In this document: positions 36,575 to 48,161 of the stretch, in pieces
Position numbering within the stretch: position 1 is the stretch's first letter
How the letters are laid out: each line of letters opens with the position of its first letter
From: an uncultured Streptococcus sp.
GTDB taxonomy: Bacteria; Bacillota; Bacilli; Lactobacillales; Streptococcaceae
Direction of reading: 5' to 3'
DNA length: 64,000 nucleotides
Assembly (NCBI GenBank): GCA_963546055.1
Contig: CAUULS010000011.1
Location: 2,421-66,420, forward strand
Translations under genes and position numbers: made by a program
Notes under the pieces: model-generated
Database searches by the model: none
Told to the model about the DNA's origin: nothing
The model's input: only the letters and a program-made list of their open reading frames with translations

Positions 36575-37948
36575 TTATTTATATTCTACAATATACTTAT
36601 CAATTTCCTCTGCATAATCTAGCATATTACTATAAATAAATGGAGAGTGTGTTACTGCGACTAGAAATACACACTTTTTAGCTTGAGAAATATCATAGAT
36701 AAACTCCTCTTGCCAAGGTACTGATAAAGATATTTCTGGTTCATCAAATAGAATTATAAGATCCTTTTCATCCTCTAAGAAAATTTTGGAAAAAGTTGAA
36801 ATTAATTGTTTCTCTCCTGATGAAAGATTTCTTAATTTAATAAAACTTTCAGTACTTTCTCCTTTGTTATTGATTCTTTTTATTACTAACTCTAATAACT
36901 GTGGATTGTAAAAATATTTTTTCCCAAAGAAATATTTATTCACTCTCTCAGTAAATTCATTAATTCTGCTGTCAATATTTTCTAAAGCTTTATAATTATC
37001 AATAATACTCGTGACTAAGTAATTTAGATATACATCACTATGCAATTCTCCGTTTTTAATTCTATCTAAAATATTAGATTTAGTTTCATCGGTGATTTTT
37101 TCTCCTAATCTAGAAAGTGCTATTTCAACTTTATGTGAATCAAAATCCTTGCTAGGTATATCTTTTCCTTTATTAGCATTAGCAAATAGCTCTAACAATC
37201 TACTAATCATAATATCGTAACTTTTATTGGTTTCCTTGCTAATTTTGTTTAATAAACTATCTATTTTTTCTTCAACATCTTCCATACCGAAATGTATTAA
37301 TTCTCCGCTAGATTTATTATTAAACGCCCTTATACCTGGTGCCTCTCTAGAAATAATATTGAATTCTTTTAAATCTTCCTCAATTCTTCTATAGGTTGGA
37401 AAGTATAATATTTTGTACCTATTTTTAAAATCTTCTATCTTAAGTATTAACTTCATGTAGCCAGAGGGAAAGACTCTGCTCAAAACTTCAGGTAACATTA
37501 CTACAATCATTTGCAAAGGATATTTTTGTAAAAGATGATATCTATTATAAATTGATGATACTTCATCAAACTTTAAATTTTTAGATTTATCTAGTCCTGA
37601 TAAATCCGACACTAAATCCTGATTTTGTTTAATTCTTTCTACTAAATCAAACAACTCACGTTTAATATTTGAGGTTATATGGTTTGAATTCTGTATATTT
37701 ATCTGAATAATTTCTTTTTTAGTAATCTGTAGTTGTTCTTCACCTTCAAATGTAATCTCGATACTATCAAAAACGAAGCTTTCTAATTTTTTATAATTTA
37801 AATCTAGTAAATAGTAAAGCATCGCAAGAATAGTAGTCTTACCAATACCATTTTCTCCAATATAAATAGTCTTATCATTCTTAAAATCCAATTCAACATC
37901 ATAATAATTATAAAGATTATTAATTTTAAATTTCTCAATTAAAGGCAT
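36575..37948 (-). CDS. ABC/AAA_21-type ATPase (AriA-like)
   Basis: Walker A GENGIGKT, signature LSSGEKQ, Walker B LFDEPE, VTHS switch, long helical insert. Confidence 0.85.
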   Translation of the reverse strand: MPLIEKFKINNLYNYYDVELDFKNDKTIYIGENGIGKTTILAMLYYLLDLNYKKLESFVFDSIEITFEGEEQLQITKKEIIQINIQNSNHITSNIKRELFDLVERIKQNQDLVSDLSGLDKSKNLKFDEVSSIYNRYHLLQKYPLQMIVVMLPEVLSRVFPSGYMKLILKIEDFKNRYKILYFPTYRRIEEDLKEFNIISREAPGIRAFNNKSSGELIHFGMEDVEEKIDSLLNKISKETNKSYDIMISRLLELFANANKGKDIPSKDFDSHKVEIALSRLGEKITDETKSNILDRIKNGELHSDVYLNYLVTSIIDNYKALENIDSRINEFTERVNKYFFGKKYFYNPQLLELVIKRINNKGESTESFIKLRNLSSGEKQLISTFSKIFLEDEKDLIILFDEPEISLSVPWQEEFIYDISQAKKCVFLVAVTHSPFIYSNMLDYAEEIDKYIVEYK

Positions 37949-37988
37949 ACAACTACTCCTTAATAGTTTTATTTATTACAATTATACC

Positions 37989-38016
37989 AGAAAGCAAGCC
38001 TTAAGGCTTGCTTTCT
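37989..38016 (-). terminator. Perfect palindrome/hairpin downstream of purH
   Basis: AGAAAGCAAGCCTTAAGGCTTGCTTTCT. Confidence 0.65.
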
Positions 38017-38074
38017 ACAAATATTATTATAACTAATTTTTATGATTTCACTTTGTCTTGAAATTGTTGAAATT

Positions 38075-39622
38075 TTAATGTCTAAAATGTCTTACTCCTG
38101 TGAAGACCATGGTCAAGCCATATTTATCCGCTGCTTCGATAGACTCTTGGTCACGGACTGATCCTCCAGGCTGGATGATGGCTTTAATGCCTGCTTTAGC
38201 GATTTCTTCCACGTTATCTGCAAATGGGAAGAAGGCATCGGAAGCAAGGACGGCGCCGTCAAGACGGTCTTTAGCTTGGTCAATGGCGATACGAACAGAA
38301 GCTACACGGTTGGTTTGACCTGGGCCAACACCAAGTGTCATGTGGTCATTGGTCACGATGATACCGTTTGATTTGACGTATTTGATAGCTTTCCAAGCAA
38401 ACTCAAGAGCAGTCGCCTCTGTCTCAGTTGGCTGGCGTTTGGTCACCACTTGCCAGTCAGCTGGGCTTTCCTTGACCACGTCTTGGTTTTGCACCAGAAG
38501 TCCACCAACAACACCTGTGTATTCTGCTTCCACTTCGCTAGCGTCTTGGGCATCAAATGGCAACTCTAGGATACGCAAGTTTTTCTTTTTATTTGTCAAA
38601 ATGGCTAGCGCCTCATCCGTATAGCTTGGTGCGATGATGATTTCAAGGAAAACGCCATGCATCTTCTCAGCTGTCGCAGCATCCACCTCACGGTTAAGGA
38701 CGACAATTCCACCAAAGATAGACACTGGGTCAGACTCATAAGCATAGTCCCAAGCAGTCTCGATGTCATCAGCTTGACCGATACCGCACGGGTTCATGTG
38801 TTTGAGAGCCACAACGGTTGGACGGTCTTTGAAGTCACGGATGATACGGATAGCAGCATCTGCATCACGGATATTGTTAAAGGACAATTCTTTACCGTTG
38901 AGCTGTTTCGCTGATGCAATTGAGTAGTCTGTCGGTAAAGCTTTTTGGTAGAAGTCTGCATCCTGTTGAGGATTTTCCCCGTAGCGCATAGCTTGTTTGA
39001 GGTCATAAGTCAAGGTCAACTTTTCAGGCTTGCTTTCTCCCACTTGAGCTGTGAAGTATTCTGCTATCAAAGCATCATAAGCTGCTGTGTGACGGAAAAC
39101 CTTAGCTGCCAAACGTTGGCGAGTTTCGTAAGTCGTTTCACCATTGGCTGACAACTCGTCCAAAACCACAGCATAGTCCGCAGGATCCACCACAACTGTT
39201 ACGCTAGCATGGTTCTTCGCTGCTGAACGAAGCATAGATGGCCCACCGATGTCAATATTTTCCACTGCATCAGCGTAAGTTACGTCTGGTTTAAGAATCG
39301 TTTCCTTGAAGGGATAGAGATTGACCACCACAAGGTCAATCAATTCGATATTATTGCTCTTTGCAGCTTCCAAGTGACTATCCAAGTCCCGACGAGCCAA
39401 GAGCCCACCGTGGATATTTGGGTGAAGGGTCTTGACACGACCGTCCATCATTTCTGGGAAACCAGTCACATCATCGATAGCAATGGTGTCTACCCCAGCA
39501 TTGTCAAGGACAACCTTGGTACCACCTGTTGAGATAATGTCCCAACCAAGTTTTTTGAGTTCTTGGGCAAATTCAACAATGCCCGCTTTATCTGAGACGC
39601 TGATTAAGGCGCGTTTAGTCAT
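38075..39622 (-). CDS. purH: Bifunctional AICAR transformylase/IMP cyclohydrolase
   Basis: [24 protein letters not shown] and ASDAFFPF motifs. Confidence 0.97.
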   Translation of the reverse strand: MTKRALISVSDKAGIVEFAQELKKLGWDIISTGGTKVVLDNAGVDTIAIDDVTGFPEMMDGRVKTLHPNIHGGLLARRDLDSHLEAAKSNNIELIDLVVVNLYPFKETILKPDVTYADAVENIDIGGPSMLRSAAKNHASVTVVVDPADYAVVLDELSANGETTYETRQRLAAKVFRHTAAYDALIAEYFTAQVGESKPEKLTLTYDLKQAMRYGENPQQDADFYQKALPTDYSIASAKQLNGKELSFNNIRDADAAIRIIRDFKDRPTVVALKHMNPCGIGQADDIETAWDYAYESDPVSIFGGIVVLNREVDAATAEKMHGVFLEIIIAPSYTDEALAILTNKKKNLRILELPFDAQDASEVEAEYTGVVGGLLVQNQDVVKESPADWQVVTKRQPTETEATALEFAWKAIKYVKSNGIIVTNDHMTLGVGPGQTNRVASVRIAIDQAKDRLDGAVLASDAFFPFADNVEEIAKAGIKAIIQPGGSVRDQESIEAADKYGLTMVFTGVRHFRH

Positions 39623-39663
39623 GTTATTTCCTTTCATTGTATCAAGAGGTGCTTTCACATCAT

Positions 39664-40371
39664 TTAAACTAAAGACTGGCGATCATAGTCTGTAAGCTGA
39701 TCTCCAAGTTCTTGCAACAATTTCCTAACCTCCAGCTTACTTGTTTCACTTTCATAAATACTTCGCAGTTCGGCGTCTGTTGCACCAATTAAGGTTACAA
39801 ATTCCACTTTTCCATGCGGAGTATCTAGAGTCTTAGCTAAATCATCAGCAGCAGTCAAGAAGCCTGTCAAATTAGATTTCTGTTGGGCATCAATTCCTAC
39901 CGTTTGCTTGGTATAGATGTATTCTTCTGGCAAAACCACTTTACCCGTTTTAAAAATATATCTTGCCACATACTGTAGCAAACCACAGCCATTTTTAATT
40001 TCTTCTTCGTCATTATTTGATTTCTTTAACTTAAAGGTTAATTCAATCCCATAACCACTGTATTCAAGATCTTCGCTTTCTTTGGTATATAATTCTGACA
40101 AACCATAACTCACAAAATGCCAAAAATCTCCTGAATCGTAAACACTGATGCCATCAAGTGGATCTGGACCGCCTAGCATATACTTGATAACTGTTCCATA
40201 ATGAAGAGGACTGGGCTGATCAGGGTATAAACGATTAAATTCTGCATCAATCGCTTCCCATCCTGGAGCGCTATCATCTGTATTTTCAACTTTAATAACA
40301 ATCTTGTCTTCATCTTTCGTTGACTTCTCTTCATCAGAAGATTTCTTCTTGAAAAAATCAAATAGACCCAT
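39664..40371 (-). CDS. Suppressor-of-fused (SUFU) domain protein
   Basis: [40 protein letters not shown] and TPHGKVEF motifs. Confidence 0.82.
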   Translation of the reverse strand: MGLFDFFKKKSSDEEKSTKDEDKIVIKVENTDDSAPGWEAIDAEFNRLYPDQPSPLHYGTVIKYMLGGPDPLDGISVYDSGDFWHFVSYGLSELYTKESEDLEYSGYGIELTFKLKKSNNDEEEIKNGCGLLQYVARYIFKTGKVVLPEEYIYTKQTVGIDAQQKSNLTGFLTAADDLAKTLDTPHGKVEFVTLIGATDAELRSIYESETSKLEVRKLLQELGDQLTDYDRQSLV

Positions 40372-40425
40372 AGAATCCTCCTTTTTTGATGTTGGACTGT
40401 TATAAAATCAGCTCTGTTTTCGTTT

Positions 40426-40977
40426 TTATCTTCTCTCCACTCCCAAGCTATCCAGCACCTCTGGATACAACTTGTACTCTGCCTCATGAATGCGAGCTTC
40501 AAAGTTTTCGATGGTATCATCAGCTAGTCGTGGTACGCGTACTTGTTTAATAACCTTTCCTGTATCCACACCCGAGTCCACCCAGTGAATGGTCACGCCA
40601 CTCTCAGCAACACCAGCATTCCAAGCGTCCTCAATCCCATGAGCTCCTGGAAATTCTGGCAAGTAGGCTGGATGGATATTGATGATTCGACCTTCATAAG
40701 CTGCCAATAAGGTTGGTCCAACGATTTTCATGTAGCCTGCTAGACAAACCAAGTCAATCTGGTGTTCTTCCAAGAGTTCGACAAGAGCTGCTTCGTAGTC
40801 TGCCTTGTTCTCAAACTCCTTGAGTTCAAAAGCATAGGACAGGACGCCGAGCTTTTCTGCACGCTCGAGCACATAGGCGTCACGATGGTCTGAAAAGACA
40901 AACTCCACTGGAAATTTTTCGACAATCACCTGAAAATTCGAGCCATTACCAGAGGCAAAAACCGCTATTTTTTTCAT
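40426..40977 (-). CDS. purN: GAR transformylase
   Basis: ASGNGSN, LAGYMK, INIHP and DSGVDTG motifs. Confidence 0.96.
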   Translation of the reverse strand: MKKIAVFASGNGSNFQVIVEKFPVEFVFSDHRDAYVLERAEKLGVLSYAFELKEFENKADYEAALVELLEEHQIDLVCLAGYMKIVGPTLLAAYEGRIINIHPAYLPEFPGAHGIEDAWNAGVAESGVTIHWVDSGVDTGKVIKQVRVPRLADDTIENFEARIHEAEYKLYPEVLDSLGVERR

Positions 40978-41996
40978 TTGATGATGACACTTTCGTTTTC
41001 TTTCTTGACGATGCAACCAATTTCATAGACTGGTTCATCCAACAATTCCTTGATACGACTTACATTTTCAGGGCTGACTGCCAACATGAGCCCCACACCC
41101 ATATTAAAGATTTCAAACATTTCTTCGTGTTTGATCTGACCGTATTTCTCAAGAGCTTTGAAGATTGGTAAGACTGGAACCTTGTCTTCTTCAATCTCTG
41201 CCGCTAGGTCATCTGTAAACATACGAGGGACATTCTCAATGAAGCCACCACCTGTGATGTGGGCAATGCCATTGACCAACCCTTCCTTGATGAGTGGCAA
41301 GACAGCCTTGACATAGATACGAGTCGGCTCTAGCAGAACTTCCTTGAGTTTCTTACCTTCCAATTCTGGCAGGACTTCCTCTCCTGTGTAGTCCGCAAAA
41401 ACACGACGGACGAGTGAGTAGCCATTTGAGTGAATACCACTTGAAGCGAGTCCGAGAAGCACATCTCCTTCTGCTACTTTTGAACCGTCAATGATTTGAG
41501 ATTTTTCAGCCACACCGACCGCAAAACCAGCCAAGTCATAGTCATCTGCGCCATACATACCTGGCATTTCAGCCGTTTCTCCACCGATGAGAGCGGCGCC
41601 TGCCTGCACACAACCTTCTGCTACACCAGCGACAACTTGTTCTAGTTTAGCTGGTTCATTCTTCCCTGTCGCCACATAGTCGAGGAAATAGAGGGGCTCA
41701 GCACCCGCAGCGATGATATCATTGACACACATGGCCACACAGTCCTGCCCAATCGTGTCATGCTTGTCATACTTTATAGCCAGCATGAGCTTGGTGCCAA
41801 CACCGTCAGTCCCTGAAATCAATACGGGCTCTTTGACACCAGTCTTTGAAAGGTCAAACATGCCACCGAAACCACCTAGAGCTCCCATAACACCCGCACG
41901 CTCCGTACGAGCTACGTGCTTTTTGATCCGCTCAACAACTTCATAACCCGCTTCAACATCCACACCAGATTGAGCGTATGCATTTTTATTTGTCAT
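40974..41996 (-). CDS. purM: AIR synthase
   Basis: [15 protein letters not shown] and HITGGG motifs. Confidence 0.97.
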   Translation of the reverse strand: MTNKNAYAQSGVDVEAGYEVVERIKKHVARTERAGVMGALGGFGGMFDLSKTGVKEPVLISGTDGVGTKLMLAIKYDKHDTIGQDCVAMCVNDIIAAGAEPLYFLDYVATGKNEPAKLEQVVAGVAEGCVQAGAALIGGETAEMPGMYGADDYDLAGFAVGVAEKSQIIDGSKVAEGDVLLGLASSGIHSNGYSLVRRVFADYTGEEVLPELEGKKLKEVLLEPTRIYVKAVLPLIKEGLVNGIAHITGGGFIENVPRMFTDDLAAEIEEDKVPVLPIFKALEKYGQIKHEEMFEIFNMGVGLMLAVSPENVSRIKELLDEPVYEIGCIVKKENESVIIK

Positions 41997-42035
41997 TTCT
42001 TTATTCCTTTCCTTTAATGGAGAGTCTTTAGCCGT

Positions 42036-43478
42036 CTATTTGTAAAAACTGGTCTTGTCAGCCAAGCTTCTTCGGTATTCTTCTTCATAGTCGTAGAGAG
42101 GAGTTGGGTAGTCACCGTCAAAATAAGCGACACAGAGACCGCCATTTGGTGCATCTGTTTCAATCCCGATAGAGTTAATCAAGCCATCAATCGAAAGATA
42201 GGTCAGGCTATCCGCACCAATGATTTGGCAGGTTTCTTCTACCGTATGATTGGCCGCAATCAGCTCCTGACGCGTCTGGATATCAATCCCGTAAAAGCAT
42301 GGATAAGCTAGCGCAGGACTTCCAATGGCAACGTGAACCTCGGACGCACCTGCTTCTTTCAATAGCTGAACGATGCGACGAGAGGTTGTCCCACGAACAA
42401 TGGAATCATCAATCATGACGACACGTTTGCCTTTGACAACGCCTGAAACAGCAGACAGCTTCATCCGCACCCCTTGCTCCCGCAATTCTTGAGTCGGTTG
42501 GATAAAGGTGCGTTGGGTGTATTGGTTTTTGATCAGACCCATTTCATTTGGCAGACCGGATTCTTCGGCAAAGCCCATGGCTGCGCTGAGTGAAGAATTG
42601 GGCACACCGACTACAATATCCGCCTCATGCTTAAATTCACGCGCTAATTGGGCACCCATACGTTTCCGTGCCGTATGGACATTGACCCCATGGATATTGG
42701 AGTCAGGACGGGCAAAGTAGATATACTCCATAGAGCAAATCGCGAGCTGAGTATCATTTGTGTAGCTGTCATACTGGATACCATTGTCGTCAATTATGAC
42801 AATCTCGCCTGGTTTCACATCTCGAATCCACTCTGCTCGGATCACTTCAAAAGCACAAGTTTCAGAGGAAACGACTACCGCTCCATTAGCCATTTTTCCG
42901 ATAGAAAGTGGACGGAAACCATTAGGGTCAAGCGCCGCAATCAATTTATCCTCAAACAGCAAGATATAAGCAAAGCCACCTTTAACGAGACTAAGTGCTT
43001 CCTTGATTTTGCCCATTAGACTTGGATTGTGACTACGGCGAATGAGGTGAGCCAAGATTTCCGAATCGGAAGTCGAACTGAAAATAGCTCCTCTTTGCTC
43101 TAGTTCTTTCTTGAGGGATGCAGCATTGGTCAGATTCCCATTATGAGCCAAACCAAACTGCATATCATGAAAGCGAAAAATGAAAGGTTGGATATTATCG
43201 GCAGAAGCTTCTCCAGCAGTCGCATAACGCACATGCCCAATGGCAGCCGTTCCTGTTAGTTTGTCCAATTTGGTAGGATTTTTGAAAACTTCTGATAGAA
43301 GCCCCATATCACGATGGCGCTTCAATTTCCCTTGGTCATTGGAGAGGATACCTGCCCCCTCCTGACCACGGTGCTGAAGACTGTGGAGCCCAAAATAGGT
43401 CAATTTAGCAGCATCCGGGTGACCCCAAATACCGAAAACACCACATTCTTCATTAAGAGATTTTACTTCGTATGTCAT
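42036..43478 (-). CDS. purF: Amidophosphoribosyltransferase
   Basis: EECGVFG propeptide/catalytic Cys, QHRGQE and DDSIVRGTT. Confidence 0.97.
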   Translation of the reverse strand: MTYEVKSLNEECGVFGIWGHPDAAKLTYFGLHSLQHRGQEGAGILSNDQGKLKRHRDMGLLSEVFKNPTKLDKLTGTAAIGHVRYATAGEASADNIQPFIFRFHDMQFGLAHNGNLTNAASLKKELEQRGAIFSSTSDSEILAHLIRRSHNPSLMGKIKEALSLVKGGFAYILLFEDKLIAALDPNGFRPLSIGKMANGAVVVSSETCAFEVIRAEWIRDVKPGEIVIIDDNGIQYDSYTNDTQLAICSMEYIYFARPDSNIHGVNVHTARKRMGAQLAREFKHEADIVVGVPNSSLSAAMGFAEESGLPNEMGLIKNQYTQRTFIQPTQELREQGVRMKLSAVSGVVKGKRVVMIDDSIVRGTTSRRIVQLLKEAGASEVHVAIGSPALAYPCFYGIDIQTRQELIAANHTVEETCQIIGADSLTYLSIDGLINSIGIETDAPNGGLCVAYFDGDYPTPLYDYEEEYRRSLADKTSFYK

Positions 43479-43494
43479 TTTTTATACCTAATTT

Positions 43495-46400
43495 TTATTT
43501 CCCTGTGAAATAACGCACAGCTGACGCGAACAGGCGCTGGTCTTTATTTCCTGGGATGTTTTGGAAGAGACCGTCTTCATAACGTTCTGAGTGTCCCATC
43601 TTACCGATGATTTGACCGTTCTTGCTGGTAATTCCTTCGATAGCGTTGACTGAACCATTTGGATTGTACTTAGAATCCATACTTGGTTTGCCGTCAAAGT
43701 CAACGTATTGGCTGAAAATTTGTCCATTGTCACGGAGCTCCGCAAATTCCTCAGCCGTCACGACAAACTTCCCTTCTCCGTGCGAAACAGGAATAGCGTG
43801 GATATCGCCCACTTGCACCCCAGCCAACCATGGTGAGTTAGTATTAGCAATACGTGTTTCCACCATCTTAGCCACGTGTTGGTTGGCATCATTGTAGAAG
43901 AGAGTTGGGCTGGTACTGCTTGCATCTTCAAAGTTTCCGTATGGAAGAAGACCTGATTTGACCAAAGCTTGGAATCCATTACAGATACCGATAATCAAGC
44001 CACCACGAGCGATAAAGCTATCAATAGCTAGACGAACTTTATCATTGAGAAGGATGTTGACGATAAACTTAGCGGATCCATCTGGCTCATCCGCAGCTGA
44101 GAATCCACCTGCAAAGAAGAGGATGTTAGCCTTGCCAATATTGTCAACCATGGTTTCAACTGACTTGACAATTGCTTCTTCATTGAGTGTCACGAATGGC
44201 ACCAAGTTAACCTCTGCACCTTCTTTCTCAAAGGCTTTGGCTGAGTCATATTCTGAGTTGGTTCCTGGGAATACTGGGATATAAACCACTGGTGTCTCAA
44301 CTGTTTCTTTAGCTTTAATCACAGCATCTGACGCCACAGCAGGTACTTCTTCCAGTTCTTTAGCTTGAGCAAATTCAGTAGGATAGACTGCTTCCAATGT
44401 CCCTTGGAAGGCACTGTCAAGTTTCTGTCCATCTAGCTTCACACCGTTGACAAGGAGTGTAAAGTCTGCTGTCGTTTGACCAATCTTCTCAACTCCAGCG
44501 ATTTCTTCAGGAGATGTGAAGACGAAGCCTCCTAATTGGGCTGTCAAAGCCGTTTCAAGTTCAGGCAAGGTTACCTCTGCACCGATATGATTTCCAAAAG
44601 TAGCAAGAGCCAAGCTTTCAAGAACACCACCGTATTTAACAGCTGATGCAGATGTCACTTTGTGAGCCTTTTGGATACCTTCAAACGTTTCAAAGTTCTT
44701 CTTAATCAAGTCAAAGTCGATATCAGCAGAAAGAGCTTGACCTGGGATGTAGTAGATATTTTCACCAGCAGTCTTAAATTCAGGAGAAAGGACCTTACGG
44801 CTGTCTGCGGTTGTCACCCCAAAGGCAACCAAGGTGGGTGGCACGGTCAATTCTTCAAAGGTACCAGACATAGAGTCTTTCCCACCGATAGATGGCAAAC
44901 CAAGTTGGATTTGTGCCTCGATAGAGCCTAGAAGAGCTGCTACTGGCTGACCAAAACGCTCAGCTTGCTTGTCCATCCGCTCGAAGTATTCTTGATAAGA
45001 GAAGCGAGCCTTAGACCAGTTGGCACCAGCAGCGACCAAACGAGCGGTTGCTTCAATAACCGCATAAGCAGCTCCGTGATATGGAGACCATTCAGCTACA
45101 TAAGGGTTAAATCCTTGAGCCATGACGGACGCAGTATGAGTCACACCGTGTTGAACTGGTAATTTCTGCACAGATGCCTCAGTTGGTGTGAGTTGGTAGC
45201 GACCACCAAGTGGGTGATTAACCGTAGAACGACCGACCGAACAGTCAAAGATAGTCTGCAAACCTTTTTGACTCGCATGGTTGAGGTCAGATAGAACCGC
45301 AAGAGTATCCGCTTCCAGTGTTTCTACGCTTGTTGTGCGTTCTTCTGGGAGTTTGACATCCTTGTCCACCACCTTGGCAGCGACAACGACACGTACACCG
45401 TTGGTATCAAGGAAACGGCGTTCCAAGTCGACAATGGTTTCACCATTCCAATGCATGACTAGATTTGGTTTTTCAGTCACTGTAGCAACAACAACAGCAT
45501 CAATGTTTTCTTTGTTACATTCCGCAACGAAGGCATCTACGTCTTCAGGACGAACCACGACCGCCATCCGTTCTTGTGATTCAGAGATGGCAATTTCGGT
45601 ACCATTCAAGCCTTGGTATTTAAGAGGAACCTTATTGAGGTCGATTTCAAGACCGTCTGCCAATTCACCGATGGCCACACAGACACCACCCGCACCAAAG
45701 TCGTTGGATTTCTTGATGAGACGAGTGACATCGCCATTACGGAAGAGGCGCTGAATCTTGCGCTCTTCGATAGCATTCCCCTTTTGAACCTCAGCTCCAG
45801 CAGTCTCTACAGACTCAACTGTTTGAACCTTAGAAGAACCAGTCGCACCACCGACACCATCACGTCCAGTCTTACCACCGAGCAGGATAATGACATCGCC
45901 CGCTTCTGGTTTTTCACGGACAACATTGCCCTTTGGAGCCGCACCGACAACGGCACCAAGCTCCATACGTTTGGCTACAAAGCCCGGATGGAAGTACTCA
46001 CGAACGTAGGTCGTCGCAAGACCGATTTGGTTCCCGTATGAAGAATAACCATGAGCCGCTGTTTTAGAAATCACTTGTTGTGGCAGTTTACCAGCACGAG
46101 TCGCTGAAATCGGAGCTGTAATATCACCAGCACCTGAGATACGCATAGCTTGGTAAACGTAGGAACGACCTGACAAAGGGTCACGAATAGCGCCACCGAT
46201 ACAAGTAGCCGCTCCACCAAATGGTTCAATTTCCGTTGGGTGGTTGTGGGTTTCATTTTTAAACATGAGAAGCCATGGCTCTTTCACTCCATTCACATCC
46301 ACTTCAATTTCAACCGAACAAGCATTGATCTCATCCGACACTTCCATGTCATCCAAACGACCATTGGCACGCTCATAACGACCAAAAATAGTCGCCATAT

Positions 46401-47220
46401 CCATCAAGGTTTGCGGTTTTTCAGAACGCCCCAACTCCTCACGCATGGCGATATATTTGTCATAGGTTGCCTGTAATTGTTTTTGGAATTTAGACGCTGA
46501 GAAGTCAATATTTTTCAACTCTGTCTCAAAAGTCGTGTGACGGCAGTGGTCAGACCAGTAAGTGTCCAAAACCTTGAGTTCTGTTTCTGTTGGCACGCGC
46601 CCGATTGACTTGAAGTAGTCTTGGATAAAGAGCAAATCATCCACTTCCATGGCCATCCCTTGCTCAGCCTTGTAGCGGGCAAAGTCTTCTGCTGTATAGC
46701 TTTCAAAGAAAGTCAATTTAGGAATTGTCTTGTCTGACTCTGAAAATTCCTGCTTGGCAATCCCTGTCGTGATATCCTTGAAACGAGAATCCACTGGATT
46801 GAGCAGGTAGTTCTTAACCGCTTCTAGCTCAGTTGCATCGATATCCTTATTGACCAAGTAAAGTTGAGCAGTATTAACCGTTACATCACTTGAGCTACCT
46901 AGCAAGAGCAAGGCTTCCTGTGAAGATGCTGCACGCTGGTCAAACTGACCGGGCAAGCTTTCGATAGCAAAGAAAGCATAGTTAGCAAGATCCGCTTGCA
47001 CAGCCGCTTCGTCCAAGACACGGTCTGTCACCTGTTCAGAAAAGATATGTTTTTCTGCAGATGCAAACAAATCCTCTGCCAAGTCAAAGACATCATAAAC
47101 TTGCACAATGCGAATACTTTTCAAAGTTGACAGTCCCAAGTTGTGCTGGAGTTCTCTCACCAAACTCTCTGACTTGACCTGAAAATCAGCCTTTTTTTCA
47201 ACAAAAATACGTTTATCCAT
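43495..47220 (-). CDS. purL: FGAM synthase, large single-chain form
   Basis: WSDHCRH, ETHNHP and glutaminase GICNGFQ...MGHSER. Confidence 0.96.
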   Translation of the reverse strand: MDKRIFVEKKADFQVKSESLVRELQHNLGLSTLKSIRIVQVYDVFDLAEDLFASAEKHIFSEQVTDRVLDEAAVQADLANYAFFAIESLPGQFDQRAASSQEALLLLGSSSDVTVNTAQLYLVNKDIDATELEAVKNYLLNPVDSRFKDITTGIAKQEFSESDKTIPKLTFFESYTAEDFARYKAEQGMAMEVDDLLFIQDYFKSIGRVPTETELKVLDTYWSDHCRHTTFETELKNIDFSASKFQKQLQATYDKYIAMREELGRSEKPQTLMDMATIFGRYERANGRLDDMEVSDEINACSVEIEVDVNGVKEPWLLMFKNETHNHPTEIEPFGGAATCIGGAIRDPLSGRSYVYQAMRISGAGDITAPISATRAGKLPQQVISKTAAHGYSSYGNQIGLATTYVREYFHPGFVAKRMELGAVVGAAPKGNVVREKPEAGDVIILLGGKTGRDGVGGATGSSKVQTVESVETAGAEVQKGNAIEERKIQRLFRNGDVTRLIKKSNDFGAGGVCVAIGELADGLEIDLNKVPLKYQGLNGTEIAISESQERMAVVVRPEDVDAFVAECNKENIDAVVVATVTEKPNLVMHWNGETIVDLERRFLDTNGVRVVVAAKVVDKDVKLPEERTTSVETLEADTLAVLSDLNHASQKGLQTIFDCSVGRSTVNHPLGGRYQLTPTEASVQKLPVQHGVTHTASVMAQGFNPYVAEWSPYHGAAYAVIEATARLVAAGANWSKARFSYQEYFERMDKQAERFGQPVAALLGSIEAQIQLGLPSIGGKDSMSGTFEELTVPPTLVAFGVTTADSRKVLSPEFKTAGENIYYIPGQALSADIDFDLIKKNFETFEGIQKAHKVTSASAVKYGGVLESLALATFGNHIGAEVTLPELETALTAQLGGFVFTSPEEIAGVEKIGQTTADFTLLVNGVKLDGQKLDSAFQGTLEAVYPTEFAQAKELEEVPAVASDAVIKAKETVETPVVYIPVFPGTNSEYDSAKAFEKEGAEVNLVPFVTLNEEAIVKSVETMVDNIGKANILFFAGGFSAADEPDGSAKFIVNILLNDKVRLAIDSFIARGGLIIGICNGFQALVKSGLLPYGNFEDASSTSPTLFYNDANQHVAKMVETRIANTNSPWLAGVQVGDIHAIPVSHGEGKFVVTAEEFAELRDNGQIFSQYVDFDGKPSMDSKYNPNGSVNAIEGITSKNGQIIGKMGHSERYEDGLFQNIPGNKDQRLFASAVRYFTGK

Positions 47221-47287
47221 CAATTCCTATTCCTTTATTTCAGCTCTTGCAATATTCCCAAACGAACTCATGGTTATTGCAAACAGA

Positions 47288-47995
47288 TTATTTCAATCCT
47301 TGCAACTTTTCCCAAACAACTTCGTAAACGTCTGTTAGTTCTCCCAATCCTCTACGGAAAACATCCTTGTCCATGTGGTTGCCATCCGCATCCCAAAGTC
47401 GGCAGTTATCTGGTGAAAATTCGTCTGCCAAGATAATCTTGCCATCCTTGTCAAAACCGAACTCTAGCTTAAAGTCAATCAACTTAAGTCCAATCTCAGC
47501 AAACCAGGCTTTCAAGAGTTCATTGATACGACGCGTTTCTTCCTTCAAGTAAGCAATCTGCTGATCATCCGCAATCTTTAGGAACTTCACATGCTCGTCA
47601 TTGATAAAAGGATCATCCAAATCATCGTTTTTATAGTAAAATTCGACAATCGGAGTTTCCAAGACGATGCCCTCTTCCACGCCAAAACGTTTTGAAAAGG
47701 AACCAGCTGTATAGTTGCGAAGCACGACTTCCAAAGGAATAATCTCAACCTTTTTATTGAGTTGCTCCGTGTCTGAAAGTTTCTCCACAAAGTGAGTCGC
47801 CACACCAGTCGCATTTAATTTCTCAAAAATAAAAGATGAAATCTGATTATTTAACACTCCCTTGCCTGCAACCTGCTCCTTCTTGACACCATTGAAAGCA
47901 GTCGCCTGGTCTTTGTAAGTTGAAATAATAAGATTTTCATCCTCAGTTGTATAGATATCCTTGGCTTTCCCCGAATAGATCAATTCTTTTGACAT
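47288..47995 (-). CDS. purC: SAICAR synthase
   Basis: YSGKAK, DFKLEFG and ADEFSPD motifs. Confidence 0.97.
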   Translation of the reverse strand: MSKELIYSGKAKDIYTTEDENLIISTYKDQATAFNGVKKEQVAGKGVLNNQISSFIFEKLNATGVATHFVEKLSDTEQLNKKVEIIPLEVVLRNYTAGSFSKRFGVEEGIVLETPIVEFYYKNDDLDDPFINDEHVKFLKIADDQQIAYLKEETRRINELLKAWFAEIGLKLIDFKLEFGFDKDGKIILADEFSPDNCRLWDADGNHMDKDVFRRGLGELTDVYEVVWEKLQGLK

Positions 47996-48161
47996 GTTAA
48001 AGTTCGCCTTTCGTATTTCTTTACTTCATTCTACTATAAAATGAGAAAAATAGCAAGAATTTGCGAACGATAACAAAACTCCTTCTTTTAATATTAAGAA
48101 AAACTGTAAAATCAAAACATTTTACAGTTTTAAAAGTATAATATTGCATTAAAAGCAAACA

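Noticed and set aside
34560..38070. AT-rich insert as an autonomous mobile element
   Set aside because: No integrase, transposase or flanking direct repeats seen.
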